Positions 19,718 to 29,326 of a stretch of DNA of 64,000 bases are shown in pieces. The notes beneath the pieces are model-generated. The model was given only the letters and a program-made list of their open reading frames with translations. It did no database searches and was not told the DNA's origin. The stretch spans positions 1,452-65,451 of the forward strand of contig JBBIVY010000003.1 of the NCBI GenBank assembly GCA_037439485.1, in the 5' to 3' direction. Numbering within the stretch: the first letter of the stretch is position 1; the number at the start of each line of letters is the position of its first letter. Made by a program: the position numbers and the translations under genes. This DNA is from Planctomycetota bacterium. GTDB lineage: Bacteria; Planctomycetota; DG-23; DATKVD01.

Positions 19718-22700
19718 GTGGCATTTTCAGCGGACGTGCGCTGCGGGGGCTTCGCGGCGGGATGCGCCCGATTCCCTCGCTCCTCCTCGCGCGGCAGCGC
19801 GCTGGTTCTCGTGCTGTCGATGCTCGCGATGCTCTCCGTGGTCGCCACCACGTTCGTGATGCTGACGCGGCTCGACGTGCGCATCACGCAGAACTACGTC
19901 GACGACCAGCGCTGCGATCTCCTGGCCTATGGCCTCGCCAACTACTTCAAGGCCGTTGTCCGCGACGACCTCGACCACACTTGGCGGCTGCCCTACGCCT
20001 TCAGGCACGCCAACCGCACCACGGGCGTCGGCTTCTACTCCAAGGATTACGGAGATCACTCGGCCCCGCGCCGGCAAATCCCCGGCATCGTCGAGTACGC
20101 CTGGGGCACGCCCGTCTCCAACACCTTCTGGTTCAGCGCCCCGTGGACCACGTGGGGCCAGTCCGGCGGCGGTGGCATCTACGCGGCCGGTATCGCCGGC
20201 GGCTACACCTACAACGACGTCACCCAGCAGTCCTTCGCCTGGAGCGACAAGTTCAACCAGGCCAATGGCTTCATCGGGCGCTACGCCGAGGACGCGAACT
20301 ACGAGTGCGACGTCTGGGTGGGCTTGGCGAACAACGCGCGCGATCAGAACGGCCGGCACTGCGCGACCAACTACGTCAACGGCGGCGCCCTCCAGCCCAT
20401 CGACGACGACGCGGACGGCGTCACCAACCCCGACTACGACGGCGCCGGCTTCTCCGGCGAAAACAGCGTCGTGTACGATTACCTTTACGACTCGGTGCCC
20501 CTGGTCATGCAGTCGGGCAAGACGGGTTTTCAGCCCGGCGCGCGGCTCACCGGCGAGGCGGCGATGCCGGGGGGCACGTACTGGCGCTGGGGTGTCAAGA
20601 TCGGCCCGACGCACTCCACCTACGCCAACCTCAACACCGCCGGCAACATGGACGGCATCGACGCGCAGTGGCTCGCGAATATGGGCGCCGGCACCTCCGG
20701 TGCCGTCGGCGCCCTCCGCGCTCAGGACGAGGCCGCCGACACGACCGTCGACGGCTCGCCCAACGCGCACCTCGGCCGCATCGACTGGAACGGCTTCCCC
20801 CCGTCCTACGACTCCGTCATGTTCCATCCGTCCGCCGTCAATCTCGAACGCCTGCTCCACCGGCCCAATTTCGCCGGCGTGACGGGCGGGTCGCTGACGG
20901 GCGACCTGGGCCTCTCCCGCGATTACGCGCGGAAGCTCATCCGCTACCGCATGACGGGCGATCCGAACTACGCGGGCGTCCCGGTGCCGGGCGGCGGCAA
21001 CTCATATCGCGCCGGGTGGCGTCGCGACGGGGCGAGCTACTTCAAGTTCCCCTCGCCCGAGAACCCCTTGGGTAAGGAGCGATACTACGGCGCCAACGAG
21101 GTCATCGAGCACGGTCATTCGCAGGACAATCCCGCGACCAGCGCCGTGGCGGGCATCCTCGGAGACGATCCGTGGCGCGTCCTTCGGCCCTACGTGACGA
21201 TGTGGTCCACGGATACCATCCTGCGCGGAAAGATATTCCCCGGCGAGGGTGGCCCCGGCATGGGCGGCTACACGGCCACCGTCGGCGACTGGCGCAACAT
21301 CAACATCCTGAAGCGCGTGAACGTGAACATCATCGGGGCCAACGGCCAGCCGATCGGCCTCTCCGGCGAGCAGACGGAGCTCAAGGCCCGGTGGGCGGCC
21401 AAGCGCGGCGCCGAGCAGACGCGGCTCTATTACATGCTCAAGGCCGCGCTGAGCTGGGGGGGCTTCAGCGGCGCTACGCAGGCCTGGGGCGGCCAGACCA
21501 ACGGGCCCATGCTGGCTTGCCAGTTCATCGCGGCGCTGTCCGACATGGTGGACACCGATCAGAATGAGACCTGCTTCATCGCGCCCGACGGCTCCGGCGC
21601 GTGGGGGCTGGGATACGAGAAACACCCCGTCATCAACGAGGTCGCGTTCTTCTCCAACTCCGGGGCCAACACCGCCAACTATGCGCTCTTCCGCTTGCGC
21701 GTGGAACTCTACAACCCGTCCGAGCTCATCCCGTGGTACCCGGCCGCCGACCAGGCCTACGACGTGTCGCAGTACGTCCTCCAGGTCGGGACCCACTACT
21801 TCCGTCTCGGCGCGCTGCGCAGGTTCATCACCGTCGGGAACGGCTGGAGCGACGGCGGGACCATCGATGCGTCGCCTAATATCGGGGCCGACGGGATGTA
21901 CGGCATGCCGGTGGCGGGCTATTACCTGGGCGGCACCATCAACCCGGACCCGTCGTGGAGCCGGTACGTGCAGGTGGGATGGATCGGTTCGGGCGGGACG
22001 AGCGGCGAGTTTCCGAACGGCGTGACCTATGAGGAACTTCAGGGAGGCCCGACGCCGGTCACCGGATCGGCCCAGTTCACGGGCGTCACCATCGCGCTCT
22101 GGAAGCCGGTGAACGTCCCGGGCGCCGTGCCCGACACGGCCTATCTCGTGACCGGCCTGGGCGGCTTCGGCGGACGCTATCTGATGGTCGATACCACCGG
22201 ACCCATCCAGCTTGTCCGTCCGTGGAACGTGACCAACGGCGAGAACGGCCCCGGCCAGGTTGTTGAACCCCCGGTCAACCGCAACAAGACCAACTACACC
22301 GGCGTCTACCGTCGCTGGGACCCGATGAACGGCAAGATCTTCACGGGCACCGGCGGCACTGCCGGCGGCAAGAGCGACGTGGGCAATGTCCTCTGGTGCC
22401 CGGGCTGGACGATGGCCCGGGCGGCGACTCTCGGCCGGCCCAACACCGAGTACTGGCCCAACATGTATTCGACCGACGACCCCGGCACCGTCGGCGCTCC
22501 TCCGACCGCGGGGGCCGGAACGTACCGCCGCTATTACGAGCGCAACGTCAAGGTCGTCGACGGCGACATCCCCAGCATCGGCTGGCTCGGCGAGTTGATG
22601 ATGTGGAATCGCGCCGTCAGCGGCCCGCTCACGCAGATCCACGCGACGGGGCAGGACCCGAGCAAGACCATCGGCACCAACGGCAGCGGCACCCGCAGCG

Positions 22701-23575
22701 TTACGGCCAACCAGCTCGACACGCTGGCAAAGTTCGATCTTTACCGGCCGTTCGCCCCCGCAGGCGCCTATGACCCCGACTCCACCAAAGTCGTCTGCAA
22801 GGGATTGCACATTCTCGACATGTTCACCGTGTGGGACCCCTCGAACGACGGCATCGACAACGACGGCGACGGGGCGGTGGACGACGACGACACCGGCCTG
22901 CAGGCCGGCGATAAGTACGGTCCCGAGGTCCGCGTCCACGGGCTCATCGACCTCAACCAGGTGCCCGACCCGGTGATGGCCTCCGTCTGGCCCGACAACC
23001 CCGTCGTCCGCAACGCCAACAAGCAGGGCTACCCGATCGGCTTTATGGCGAACATGCGGCAGAACTCCCGTCAGTCCTCCTACAGCGACGGCATCGGCCC
23101 CTTCGAGACCGTCGGCGACATCCTGCGCGCCGACGCCATTACGCGCTACCCGGGGATCTGGATGTCCGGGAGCTGGTACGGGCCCGGGCCGGGCGCCATC
23201 GACGAGGGCGGTTTCCTCGCCTCCGGCACCGCCACGCATACCGACGACGACGGCGACGGCATCTACGACGAGCGCGACGAACGCGACATGATGTTCACTT
23301 GGATGGCCAACTACTTCACCACCCGCGACAATGTTTTCGACCTCGACCTCAACGTCCAGATCTGCGACCCGCCTTACTATCCGCAGAAGAACGGCGCCAA
23401 CCTCAAGCTGCCGTGGCCGGCCTACAAGACCAAGCGCGTCTACGCCCACAAGCAGTTCCTGGGCATCCTCGACCGCAGCACCTGCCTGCGCATCCGGACG
23501 AACGGCGCCTGCGACTTCACCGGGCCGGTCGACCTCCGTCTCTTCCGATCGAGCGACGACGTGCCGGCTTTCTGA
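19718..23575 (+). CDS. giant GspK/PilX-like minor pilin / putative tip adhesin (1285 aa) with multiple Asp-rich calcium-loop motifs
   Basis: GTG start with SD GAGAAAGG; N-terminus ...RGSALVLVLSMLAMLSVVATTFVMLTRLDVRITQNY typical of GspK; motifs DDDADGVTNPDYDG, DGIDNDGDGAVDDDDTG, HTDDDGDGIYDERDERD; last gene before terminator. Confidence 0.75.
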   Translation: MAFSADVRCGGFAAGCARFPRSSSRGSALVLVLSMLAMLSVVATTFVMLTRLDVRITQNYVDDQRCDLLAYGLANYFKAVVRDDLDHTWRLPYAFRHANRTTGVGFYSKDYGDHSAPRRQIPGIVEYAWGTPVSNTFWFSAPWTTWGQSGGGGIYAAGIAGGYTYNDVTQQSFAWSDKFNQANGFIGRYAEDANYECDVWVGLANNARDQNGRHCATNYVNGGALQPIDDDADGVTNPDYDGAGFSGENSVVYDYLYDSVPLVMQSGKTGFQPGARLTGEAAMPGGTYWRWGVKIGPTHSTYANLNTAGNMDGIDAQWLANMGAGTSGAVGALRAQDEAADTTVDGSPNAHLGRIDWNGFPPSYDSVMFHPSAVNLERLLHRPNFAGVTGGSLTGDLGLSRDYARKLIRYRMTGDPNYAGVPVPGGGNSYRAGWRRDGASYFKFPSPENPLGKERYYGANEVIEHGHSQDNPATSAVAGILGDDPWRVLRPYVTMWSTDTILRGKIFPGEGGPGMGGYTATVGDWRNINILKRVNVNIIGANGQPIGLSGEQTELKARWAAKRGAEQTRLYYMLKAALSWGGFSGATQAWGGQTNGPMLACQFIAALSDMVDTDQNETCFIAPDGSGAWGLGYEKHPVINEVAFFSNSGANTANYALFRLRVELYNPSELIPWYPAADQAYDVSQYVLQVGTHYFRLGALRRFITVGNGWSDGGTIDASPNIGADGMYGMPVAGYYLGGTINPDPSWSRYVQVGWIGSGGTSGEFPNGVTYEELQGGPTPVTGSAQFTGVTIALWKPVNVPGAVPDTAYLVTGLGGFGGRYLMVDTTGPIQLVRPWNVTNGENGPGQVVEPPVNRNKTNYTGVYRRWDPMNGKIFTGTGGTAGGKSDVGNVLWCPGWTMARAATLGRPNTEYWPNMYSTDDPGTVGAPPTAGAGTYRRYYERNVKVVDGDIPSIGWLGELMMWNRAVSGPLTQIHATGQDPSKTIGTNGSGTRSVTANQLDTLAKFDLYRPFAPAGAYDPDSTKVVCKGLHILDMFTVWDPSNDGIDNDGDGAVDDDDTGLQAGDKYGPEVRVHGLIDLNQVPDPVMASVWPDNPVVRNANKQGYPIGFMANMRQNSRQSSYSDGIGPFETVGDILRADAITRYPGIWMSGSWYGPGPGAIDEGGFLASGTATHTDDDGDGIYDERDERDMMFTWMANYFTTRDNVFDLDLNVQICDPPYYPQKNGANLKLPWPAYKTKRVYAHKQFLGILDRSTCLRIRTNGACDFTGPVDLRLFRSSDDVPAF

Positions 23576-23593
23576 CCCTCTGCTGAACCCCCC

Positions 23594-23633
23594 GCGCCCT
23601 GTTCCGATCCGTTCGGAACGGGGCGCTTCTCTG
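23594..23633 (+). terminator. intrinsic terminator of the pilus operon
   Basis: GCGCCCTGTTCCGA-tccgt-TCGGAACGGGGCGC (14-bp stem incl. one G-U) followed by TTCTCTG and a TTTTTC run. Confidence 0.6.
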
Positions 23634-23676
23634 TACCCCCTTGAATTCCGGGCGTTTTTCTGCTAAGAATAGCGGC

Positions 23677-24255
23677 ATGGAACGGCATACCGTCTTCAAA
23701 GGCCGCCGCATCGAGGTCGTCGTCGACCGCATCCCCGTGGAAAACGGGCGCACGGTCGAGCGCGAGATCGTATTGCATCCCGGCGCCGTGGTCATTGCCG
23801 CGGTCCCTTCGCCGGGCCGCGTGCTCATCCTCCGCCAGCACCGCCACGCCGTCGGCGGCGAACTCATCGAGCTTCCCGCCGGCACCCTTGAGCCGGGCGA
23901 AGCGCCCGAGGCGTGCGCCGCGAGAGAGCTGGAGGAGGAGACCGGTTTCGCCTCGCGGCGGATACGCCTCCTGACGTGCTTCTGGTCCTCGCCGGGGATA
24001 CTGCGCGAGAAGATGCACCTGTATCTCGCCGAGGATCTCGTGAAATCCGAGCAGCACCTCGACGAGGACGAAGTCCTCCGCGTCGAGGAGGTCTCGCTCG
24101 CGGACGCCGTCCAGTGGGTCAAGGACGGCCGCATCGCCGACGCCAAGACCGTGGCCGGGATTCTCTATCTCGCGCAGTTCGGGCCATTTCTCCCTCTCCC
24201 TCCGGGAGAGGGTCAGGGTGAGGGCAGTCGCCGACGGGATCGGACTTCCCCATGA
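23677..24255 (+). CDS. NUDIX hydrolase (ADP-ribose pyrophosphatase-like)
   Basis: ORF 23641-24255, likely start ATG 23677 (MERHTVFKGRRIEVVVD...); NUDIX box GGELIELPAGTLEPGEAPEACAARELEEETG; last ~22 codons are encoded by a REP-like element. Confidence 0.85.
   Translation: MERHTVFKGRRIEVVVDRIPVENGRTVEREIVLHPGAVVIAAVPSPGRVLILRQHRHAVGGELIELPAGTLEPGEAPEACAARELEEETGFASRRIRLLTCFWSSPGILREKMHLYLAEDLVKSEQHLDEDEVLRVEEVSLADAVQWVKDGRIADAKTVAGILYLAQFGPFLPLPPGEGQGEGSRRRDRTSP
24190..24224 (+). repeat. REP-like element family 2 (CTCCCTCTCCC-loop-GGGAGAGGG-TCAGGGTGAGGG), copy inside nudix 3' end
   Basis: ctccctctccctccgggagagggtcagggtgaggg; reverse-complement copies at 30756-30793 and ~60714-60751. Confidence 0.6.
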
Positions 24256-25046
24256 GACCCTACTACAACCACGACGACGAGTCGGATTCCAGGCAGGTCC
24301 GGTTCTCCTTCGGGTCGACGAGCACGGTCAAGGCGCTCATCGCCGTCAATGCGCTGGCTTACCTTGCCACGGTCGTCGCCGCCAAGGGGTATCCGAACGC
24401 CGATCTGTGGGTGGGTTTCTACCCCCCGAATTTCCTGCACCACTACGCCTGGTGGCAGCCGATAAGCTACATGTTCGTACACGGCGGCCTCTGGCACCTG
24501 CTTCTGAACATGTTCGGCCTTTTTATCTTCGCGGGGGCGGTCGAGCGCGAAATCGGGCGCGCACGGTTCCTGGTCATGTACTTCCTCTGCGGCATCGCCG
24601 GGGCGGCGCTCTCGTTTTTCGCGCCAAACACGGCAATCATCGGTGCCTCCGGTGGCGTGCTCGGCGTGACCACCGCTTTCGCCGTGCTCTTCCCGAACGA
24701 GCGGATCTGGATGTTCCTGGTCGTTGCGGTGAGGGCACGCTACTTCGCTATCTTCTATGTGTTCGTCACCGTGGCCGGACTCCTCGGCGCCGGCGGATAC
24801 CAGACCGCCTACTGGGCGCACCTCGGCGGCATCGCGGTCGGCTTCCTCTTCGTCGTCTCGCGTCCATGGTTCGAGCGCCTCGGGGGCTTCCTCCGCTTCC
24901 GCCGCGAGCAGGCCCGCGAAAGACGCTCCGCCTCCGAGGAAGCCGAACTCGACCGTATCCTCGACAAGGTCCATCGCGAAGGCATAACGGCTCTCTCCAA
25001 TTCAGAGCGGGAGTTTCTGAACCTCGTCAGCAAACGAAGACGGTGA
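24252..25046 (+). CDS. rhomboid-family intramembrane serine protease
   Basis: 264 aa; GASGGV (catalytic Ser GxSG), downstream AHLGGI (His), 6-7 TM; ATGA overlap with nudix stop. Confidence 0.85.
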   Translation: MRPYYNHDDESDSRQVRFSFGSTSTVKALIAVNALAYLATVVAAKGYPNADLWVGFYPPNFLHHYAWWQPISYMFVHGGLWHLLLNMFGLFIFAGAVEREIGRARFLVMYFLCGIAGAALSFFAPNTAIIGASGGVLGVTTAFAVLFPNERIWMFLVVAVRARYFAIFYVFVTVAGLLGAGGYQTAYWAHLGGIAVGFLFVVSRPWFERLGGFLRFRREQARERRSASEEAELDRILDKVHREGITALSNSEREFLNLVSKRRR

Positions 25047-25061
25047 CAGGGGAATCATTCC

Positions 25062-26456
25062 ATGACGGACAAAGCCTATCAGCAGTGCATCAACCCCGCG
25101 TGCGGAAAGGCATTCGGCATCACGCAGGTCCTCAGCCATTGCCCGTCGTGCGGCAACCTGGTGGATGTGCGATATGACTGGGACCGCCTGAGCGTGCCGA
25201 AGACGCTCTCCGAATTCGACAAGAAGCTCTCGCGGCGCAACCCGCTCGACCTCAGCGGGGTCTGGCGGTTCCGTGCGCTGATGCCCTTTGCGCCCGAGGA
25301 CAAGATCGCGACCATCGGCGAAGGGCAGACGCTCCTCCTCAATTCACCCGCCGTGGCGAAATACGCCGGGATGAAGCCCGAGAAGCTCTTCCTCCAATAC
25401 GAGGGCCTCAACCCGTCCGGGTCGTTCAAGGACAACGGCATGACCGCGGCGTTCACCCACGGGCGGATGGTCGGGGCCCGCGTGGCGGCGTGCGCTTCCA
25501 CCGGGAACACCTCCGCGTCGCTGGCGCTTTATGCCTCGCAGACGGGCGCGATGCGCGCGGTGGTCTTCGTGGGCGGCGGGAAGATCGCCTACGGCAAGCT
25601 GTCGCAGGCGCTCGAATACGGGGCGCTCACGCTCCAGATCGACGGGGACTTCGACGATGCGATGGCACGCGTGCAGGAGGTCTCGGCCGACCGCGGCATT
25701 TACCTCGTCAACTCGCTCAACCCGTTCCGGCTCGAAGGGCAGAAGGCCGTCATGTTCCGCATCCTCGAGGCGCTCGCGTGGGAGCCGCCCGACTGGATCA
25801 TCTGCCCCGGCGGCAACCTCGGCAATTCCTCCGCGTTCGGCAAGGCCTTCATGGAACTCGCCGCGCTCGGGCTGGTGAAGCGCGTGCCGCGCCTGGCCGT
25901 CATCAACTCGTCCGGCGCCCGCACGCTCTATCGCATCGTCGAGGAGAAGCATCTCCGCTGGAACTCCGGCCGCGTCGACGACGCCGCGATCGAGGCCGAT
26001 TACCGCGGCATGGACGCCCGGTGCGAGCGCGCGCACACCGTCGCCTCAGCTATCGAGATCAATCGGCCCGTGAACCTCAAGAAATGCCTGCGCGCCCTCG
26101 AGGCCATGAATGGCGTCGTCCGCGAAGTTCCCGACGACGACATCCTTGACGCCAAGGCGGCCATCGGCGCCGGGGGTCTCGGCTGCGAGCCGGCGTCCGC
26201 CGCGTCGGTGGCGGGGCTCCGGTTGCTCGTCAAAGAGCAGGTCATCTCGCCCACCGACCGCGTCGCGTGCGTGCTCACCGGGCACGTGCTGAAGGACCCG
26301 GACTTGTCGGTCGATTACCATTCGCTCTCGCTCGACGACTTCCGCGCGAAGTACGGGAAGAAGTTCGAGGTGAAGAAGCTCGCGCGGCAGAACGCGCCCG
26401 TCAAGGTTCCGAACGATCTCGGCGAAATCCTGAAGGTATTGGAGGCCAGGCTATGA
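25062..26456 (+). CDS. thrC: threonine synthase with N-terminal zinc-ribbon
   Basis: 464 aa; CINPACG...CPSCG zinc ribbon; PLP-lysine motif [10 protein letters not shown]; fold-type II PLP enzyme signatures. Confidence 0.9.
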   Translation: MTDKAYQQCINPACGKAFGITQVLSHCPSCGNLVDVRYDWDRLSVPKTLSEFDKKLSRRNPLDLSGVWRFRALMPFAPEDKIATIGEGQTLLLNSPAVAKYAGMKPEKLFLQYEGLNPSGSFKDNGMTAAFTHGRMVGARVAACASTGNTSASLALYASQTGAMRAVVFVGGGKIAYGKLSQALEYGALTLQIDGDFDDAMARVQEVSADRGIYLVNSLNPFRLEGQKAVMFRILEALAWEPPDWIICPGGNLGNSSAFGKAFMELAALGLVKRVPRLAVINSSGARTLYRIVEEKHLRWNSGRVDDAAIEADYRGMDARCERAHTVASAIEINRPVNLKKCLRALEAMNGVVREVPDDDILDAKAAIGAGGLGCEPASAASVAGLRLLVKEQVISPTDRVACVLTGHVLKDPDLSVDYHSLSLDDFRAKYGKKFEVKKLARQNAPVKVPNDLGEILKVLEARL

Positions 26457-27271
26457 CCGCGAAATCGAAATCCGCCGTCCGCGTCGGCGTCACCGGCGCC
26501 TCGGGCCGCATGGGCTTCATCGTCATCCGCCTCGTCGCGGAAGACCCCTCGCTCGCGCTCGCCGCGGCGCTCGAAGCGCCGGGACATCCGAGGCTGGGCG
26601 AGGACGCGGGCGTTGCCGCCGGTCTCGGCAAGCCGCTCGGCGTCAAGATCGCCCCGGCGCTTGCCGCGGACTGCGACGTCGTCGTCGATTTCTCGCTTCC
26701 CGCGGGGACGATGGCCGCGCTGCCGGAGTGCGTGAAGCGAGGCATCCCGATGGTCATCGGCACGACGGGTCTCGGCGAGGAGGACCTGAAGAAGATCGAG
26801 GCCGCGGCGAAGAAGATCCCGATCGTCTTCGCGCCCAACTTCTCCGTCGGCGTCAACTTGCTCTTCTCGATCGTCGGCAAGGTGGCCTCGGCCCTCGGCG
26901 ACGACTACGACTGCGAGATCGTCGAGATGCACCACCGCTTCAAGAAGGACGCGCCGTCGGGCACGGCCGCGAAACTCGCCGAGATTATCGCCACGGCCAC
27001 CGGCCGCGATCTCAAGGCCGACGGCGTCTTCGGTCGCGCCGGGTTGGTGGGGGAGCGGAAGAAGTCCGAGATCGGCATCCACGCCGTCCGCGGCGGCGAC
27101 GTCGTCGGCGATCACACCATCACCTTCGCCGGACTCGGCGAACGCATCGAATTCGCGCACAAGGCCGGTTCCCGCGAGATGTTCGCCCGCGGCGCAATCC
27201 GCGCCGTGAGGTTCCTCCTCGACGGTAAGAAGCCGGGGCTCTATTCGATGCTCGATGTGCTCGGATTGTGA
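26453..27271 (+). CDS. dapB: 4-hydroxy-tetrahydrodipicolinate reductase
   Basis: ORF 26267-27271 trimmed to ATG 26453 (ATGA overlap with thrC stop); [14 protein letters not shown](P) motif, [28 protein letters not shown]. Confidence 0.9.
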   Translation: MTAKSKSAVRVGVTGASGRMGFIVIRLVAEDPSLALAAALEAPGHPRLGEDAGVAAGLGKPLGVKIAPALAADCDVVVDFSLPAGTMAALPECVKRGIPMVIGTTGLGEEDLKKIEAAAKKIPIVFAPNFSVGVNLLFSIVGKVASALGDDYDCEIVEMHHRFKKDAPSGTAAKLAEIIATATGRDLKADGVFGRAGLVGERKKSEIGIHAVRGGDVVGDHTITFAGLGERIEFAHKAGSREMFARGAIRAVRFLLDGKKPGLYSMLDVLGL

Positions 27272-27338
27272 GAAGTTTCTCTTGCCACAGGGCACAGAGA
27301 GCACAGAGAGGAGAAGCCAATTCAGGGGTACAGCAAAG

Positions 27339-27376
27339 AGAAGCAGGAGTCGTTCCTGCTTCTCTTCTTCTTTAAC
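27339..27376. terminator. hairpin terminator between convergent dapB and tgt, embedded in longer imperfect inverted repeat
   Basis: AGAAGCAGGA-gtcgt-TCCTGCTTCT followed by CTTCTTCTTT; flanked by CCACAGGGCACAGAGAGCACAGAGAGG (~27287-27313) and its imperfect complement CTCTGCGCTCTCTGCGCCCTGCTGTGG (~27391-27417). Confidence 0.55.
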
Positions 27377-27436
27377 CCGGATTGCGCTGTTGTTCTCTGC
27401 GCTCTCTGCGCCCTGCTGTGGTCACAGTCTTCGCTT

Positions 27437-28540
27437 CTACTTCTCAACCTGGGAGGCGAGGAAATCCGAAGCGAACTTCTCGAATCGCTTTTCGATAATG
27501 GCCCGCCTGGCGTCCTTCATGAGCCGGCAGAAGAACGAGATGTTGTGGATGGAGACGAGCGTCAGGCCGAGGATTTCACTCGCGCGGAAGAGGTGGCGGA
27601 GGTAGCCGCGGGAGTAATTGCGGCAGGCGGGGCAGGGGCACGCGGCATCGAGCGGCGCGGCGGCGCGGGCGTGCTTGAGGTTCTTCATGCGGAGGATGCC
27701 CGTTGACGTGAACGCGAAGCCGTTGCGCCCGTTGCGCGTCGGCAGAACGCAGTCGAACATGTCGATCCCGCGCGCGATTCCCGCGAGCAAATCCCTCGGC
27801 GGCCCCACGCCCATGAGATATCGCGGACGGTCCTGCGGCAAGTGGGGCGCCGTGGCTTCAAGCATCTCGTTCATCACCTCCGGCCCCTCGCCGACGCTCA
27901 GTCCGCCGATCGCGTAACCGGGGAAATCCAACTCCATCAGCCTCTGAGCGCACTCCCGGCGCAGGTCCGGATACGTCGCCCCCTGTACGATGCCGAAGAG
28001 GGCCTGTGCCTCGTTCGTCCTGTGCTCTCTCGACCGCGCGGCCCAGGCAATTGTTCGCTCCATCGCCTCTTGCGCATAAGGCTTGTCGGCGGGGAACGCG
28101 GCGCACTCGTCGAGCGGCATGATGACGTCGGCCCCGAGCTTCGATTCGATGTCGACGACCGACTCGGGCGTCAACTCGATGGCGTGGCCGTCGATGTGGC
28201 TCTGGAACTTGACCGAGTGATCCGTGACCTTGCGCAACTCCGCGAGCGAGAAGACCTGGAACCCTCCCGAGTCCGTGAGGATCGGCCGCGACCAGTTCAT
28301 GAACCGGTGTAGTCCCCCCAGTGCCGCCACGGTCTCTTCGCCCGGCCGCAGGTGCAGGTGGTAGGTGTTCGCCAGGATCATCGTCGAGCCGGCCTCGGCA
28401 AGCTGGTCGGTCGTCACCGCCTTCACCGTCGCCTGAGTCCCCACCGGCATGAACACCGGCGTCTCCACGACGCCATGAGGGGTCACGAGCTCTCCCGCCC
28501 GTGCGCTTCCGTCCGTTGCCTTCAGTCGAAACTCGAACAT
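27437..28540 (-). CDS. tgt: queuine tRNA-ribosyltransferase
   Basis: ORF 27437-28570 trimmed to ATG 28540 (MFEFRLKATDGSARAGEL...); LTDSGGFQ, zinc site CPCPAC...H; 367 aa. Confidence 0.9.
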   Translation of the reverse strand: MFEFRLKATDGSARAGELVTPHGVVETPVFMPVGTQATVKAVTTDQLAEAGSTMILANTYHLHLRPGEETVAALGGLHRFMNWSRPILTDSGGFQVFSLAELRKVTDHSVKFQSHIDGHAIELTPESVVDIESKLGADVIMPLDECAAFPADKPYAQEAMERTIAWAARSREHRTNEAQALFGIVQGATYPDLRRECAQRLMELDFPGYAIGGLSVGEGPEVMNEMLEATAPHLPQDRPRYLMGVGPPRDLLAGIARGIDMFDCVLPTRNGRNGFAFTSTGILRMKNLKHARAAAPLDAACPCPACRNYSRGYLRHLFRASEILGLTLVSIHNISFFCRLMKDARRAIIEKRFEKFASDFLASQVEK

Positions 28541-28562
28541 ATCACCTCGCAATTCTGATGTT

Positions 28563-29306
28563 TCAGTCACCGAGATCCAAAGCGAGCGACTCGGAATTCG
28601 TTCGCGAGACGACGCGGGCGTCGCGCTGGAGCGCGGAGACCGCGGAAAGGACTCTCTTCAGCCGCTCCCATTCGCCGGGCTCGGTGATCTCGTAGAAATG
28701 TCCCCAGGCGTGCCAGAGGCCGCCGGTGCGCATCGCGTAGTCAAGGTTGGCGAGGGCGAAGTCGTCCCAGGTTCGTCCCCACAATCCGCGGCGGAGGAAG
28801 AACGCGATATAGGCCGGACTTCCGGCGAGCAGGGCTTCCTTGAGGTAGTGCCTGCGCGAATGCGGGCCCATGTGACAGGTCGTGGGCGCGAGCATCGGTT
28901 CGGGCGCGGCGAATCGGCACTCGCGGATGGTGCGGGCATAGGTGAACCCCAGTTCTCTCGCCGCGCCCGGCGCCCAGGCGGGGATCTTGCCGCCGGGATA
29001 GCAGAACGAGGTCACGGGCTTCGAGAGGATTCGCTCTAGGCGCTCCTTGCCGGCGCGGATTTCCTCGCGGCCGTCGGCGGGGGAGAGGCTGTCGAGGTAG
29101 CGGTGGGTGAATCCGTGGGCGCCGATCTCGAAGCCCATGGAATCGAGTTTGCGGATATCGTCTGGCGAGAGCGTCGGCCGGCCCTCGACGTTGGTGACGG
29201 GCACGTAGAACGTTGCGCGGAGGCCCAACTCCGCAAGCAGCCCCGCGACGTCGAGGTCCTTCGGATGGCCGTCATCGAAGCTGAGCGTCACGACCGTTCG
29301 ACCCAT
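28563..29306 (-). CDS. polysaccharide deacetylase (NodB-homology domain)
   Basis: ORF 28563-29330 (TTG) trimmed to ATG 29306 (SD GGGGAG); TLSFDDGH, His motif GAHGFTHR, FCYPGG. Confidence 0.8.
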   Translation of the reverse strand: MGRTVVTLSFDDGHPKDLDVAGLLAELGLRATFYVPVTNVEGRPTLSPDDIRKLDSMGFEIGAHGFTHRYLDSLSPADGREEIRAGKERLERILSKPVTSFCYPGGKIPAWAPGAARELGFTYARTIRECRFAAPEPMLAPTTCHMGPHSRRHYLKEALLAGSPAYIAFFLRRGLWGRTWDDFALANLDYAMRTGGLWHAWGHFYEITEPGEWERLKRVLSAVSALQRDARVVSRTNSESLALDLGD

Positions 29307-29326
29307 GCGCGGCTCCCCGGCGCTCG

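Noticed and set aside
19727-23449. ORFs 19727-20860(-), 19762-21075(+), 19929-20882(+), 21002-23449(-) etc. inside the giant GspK-like gene
   Set aside because: Alternative-frame artefacts; annotated frame has GspK-type N-terminus, SD and continuous 1285-aa ORF
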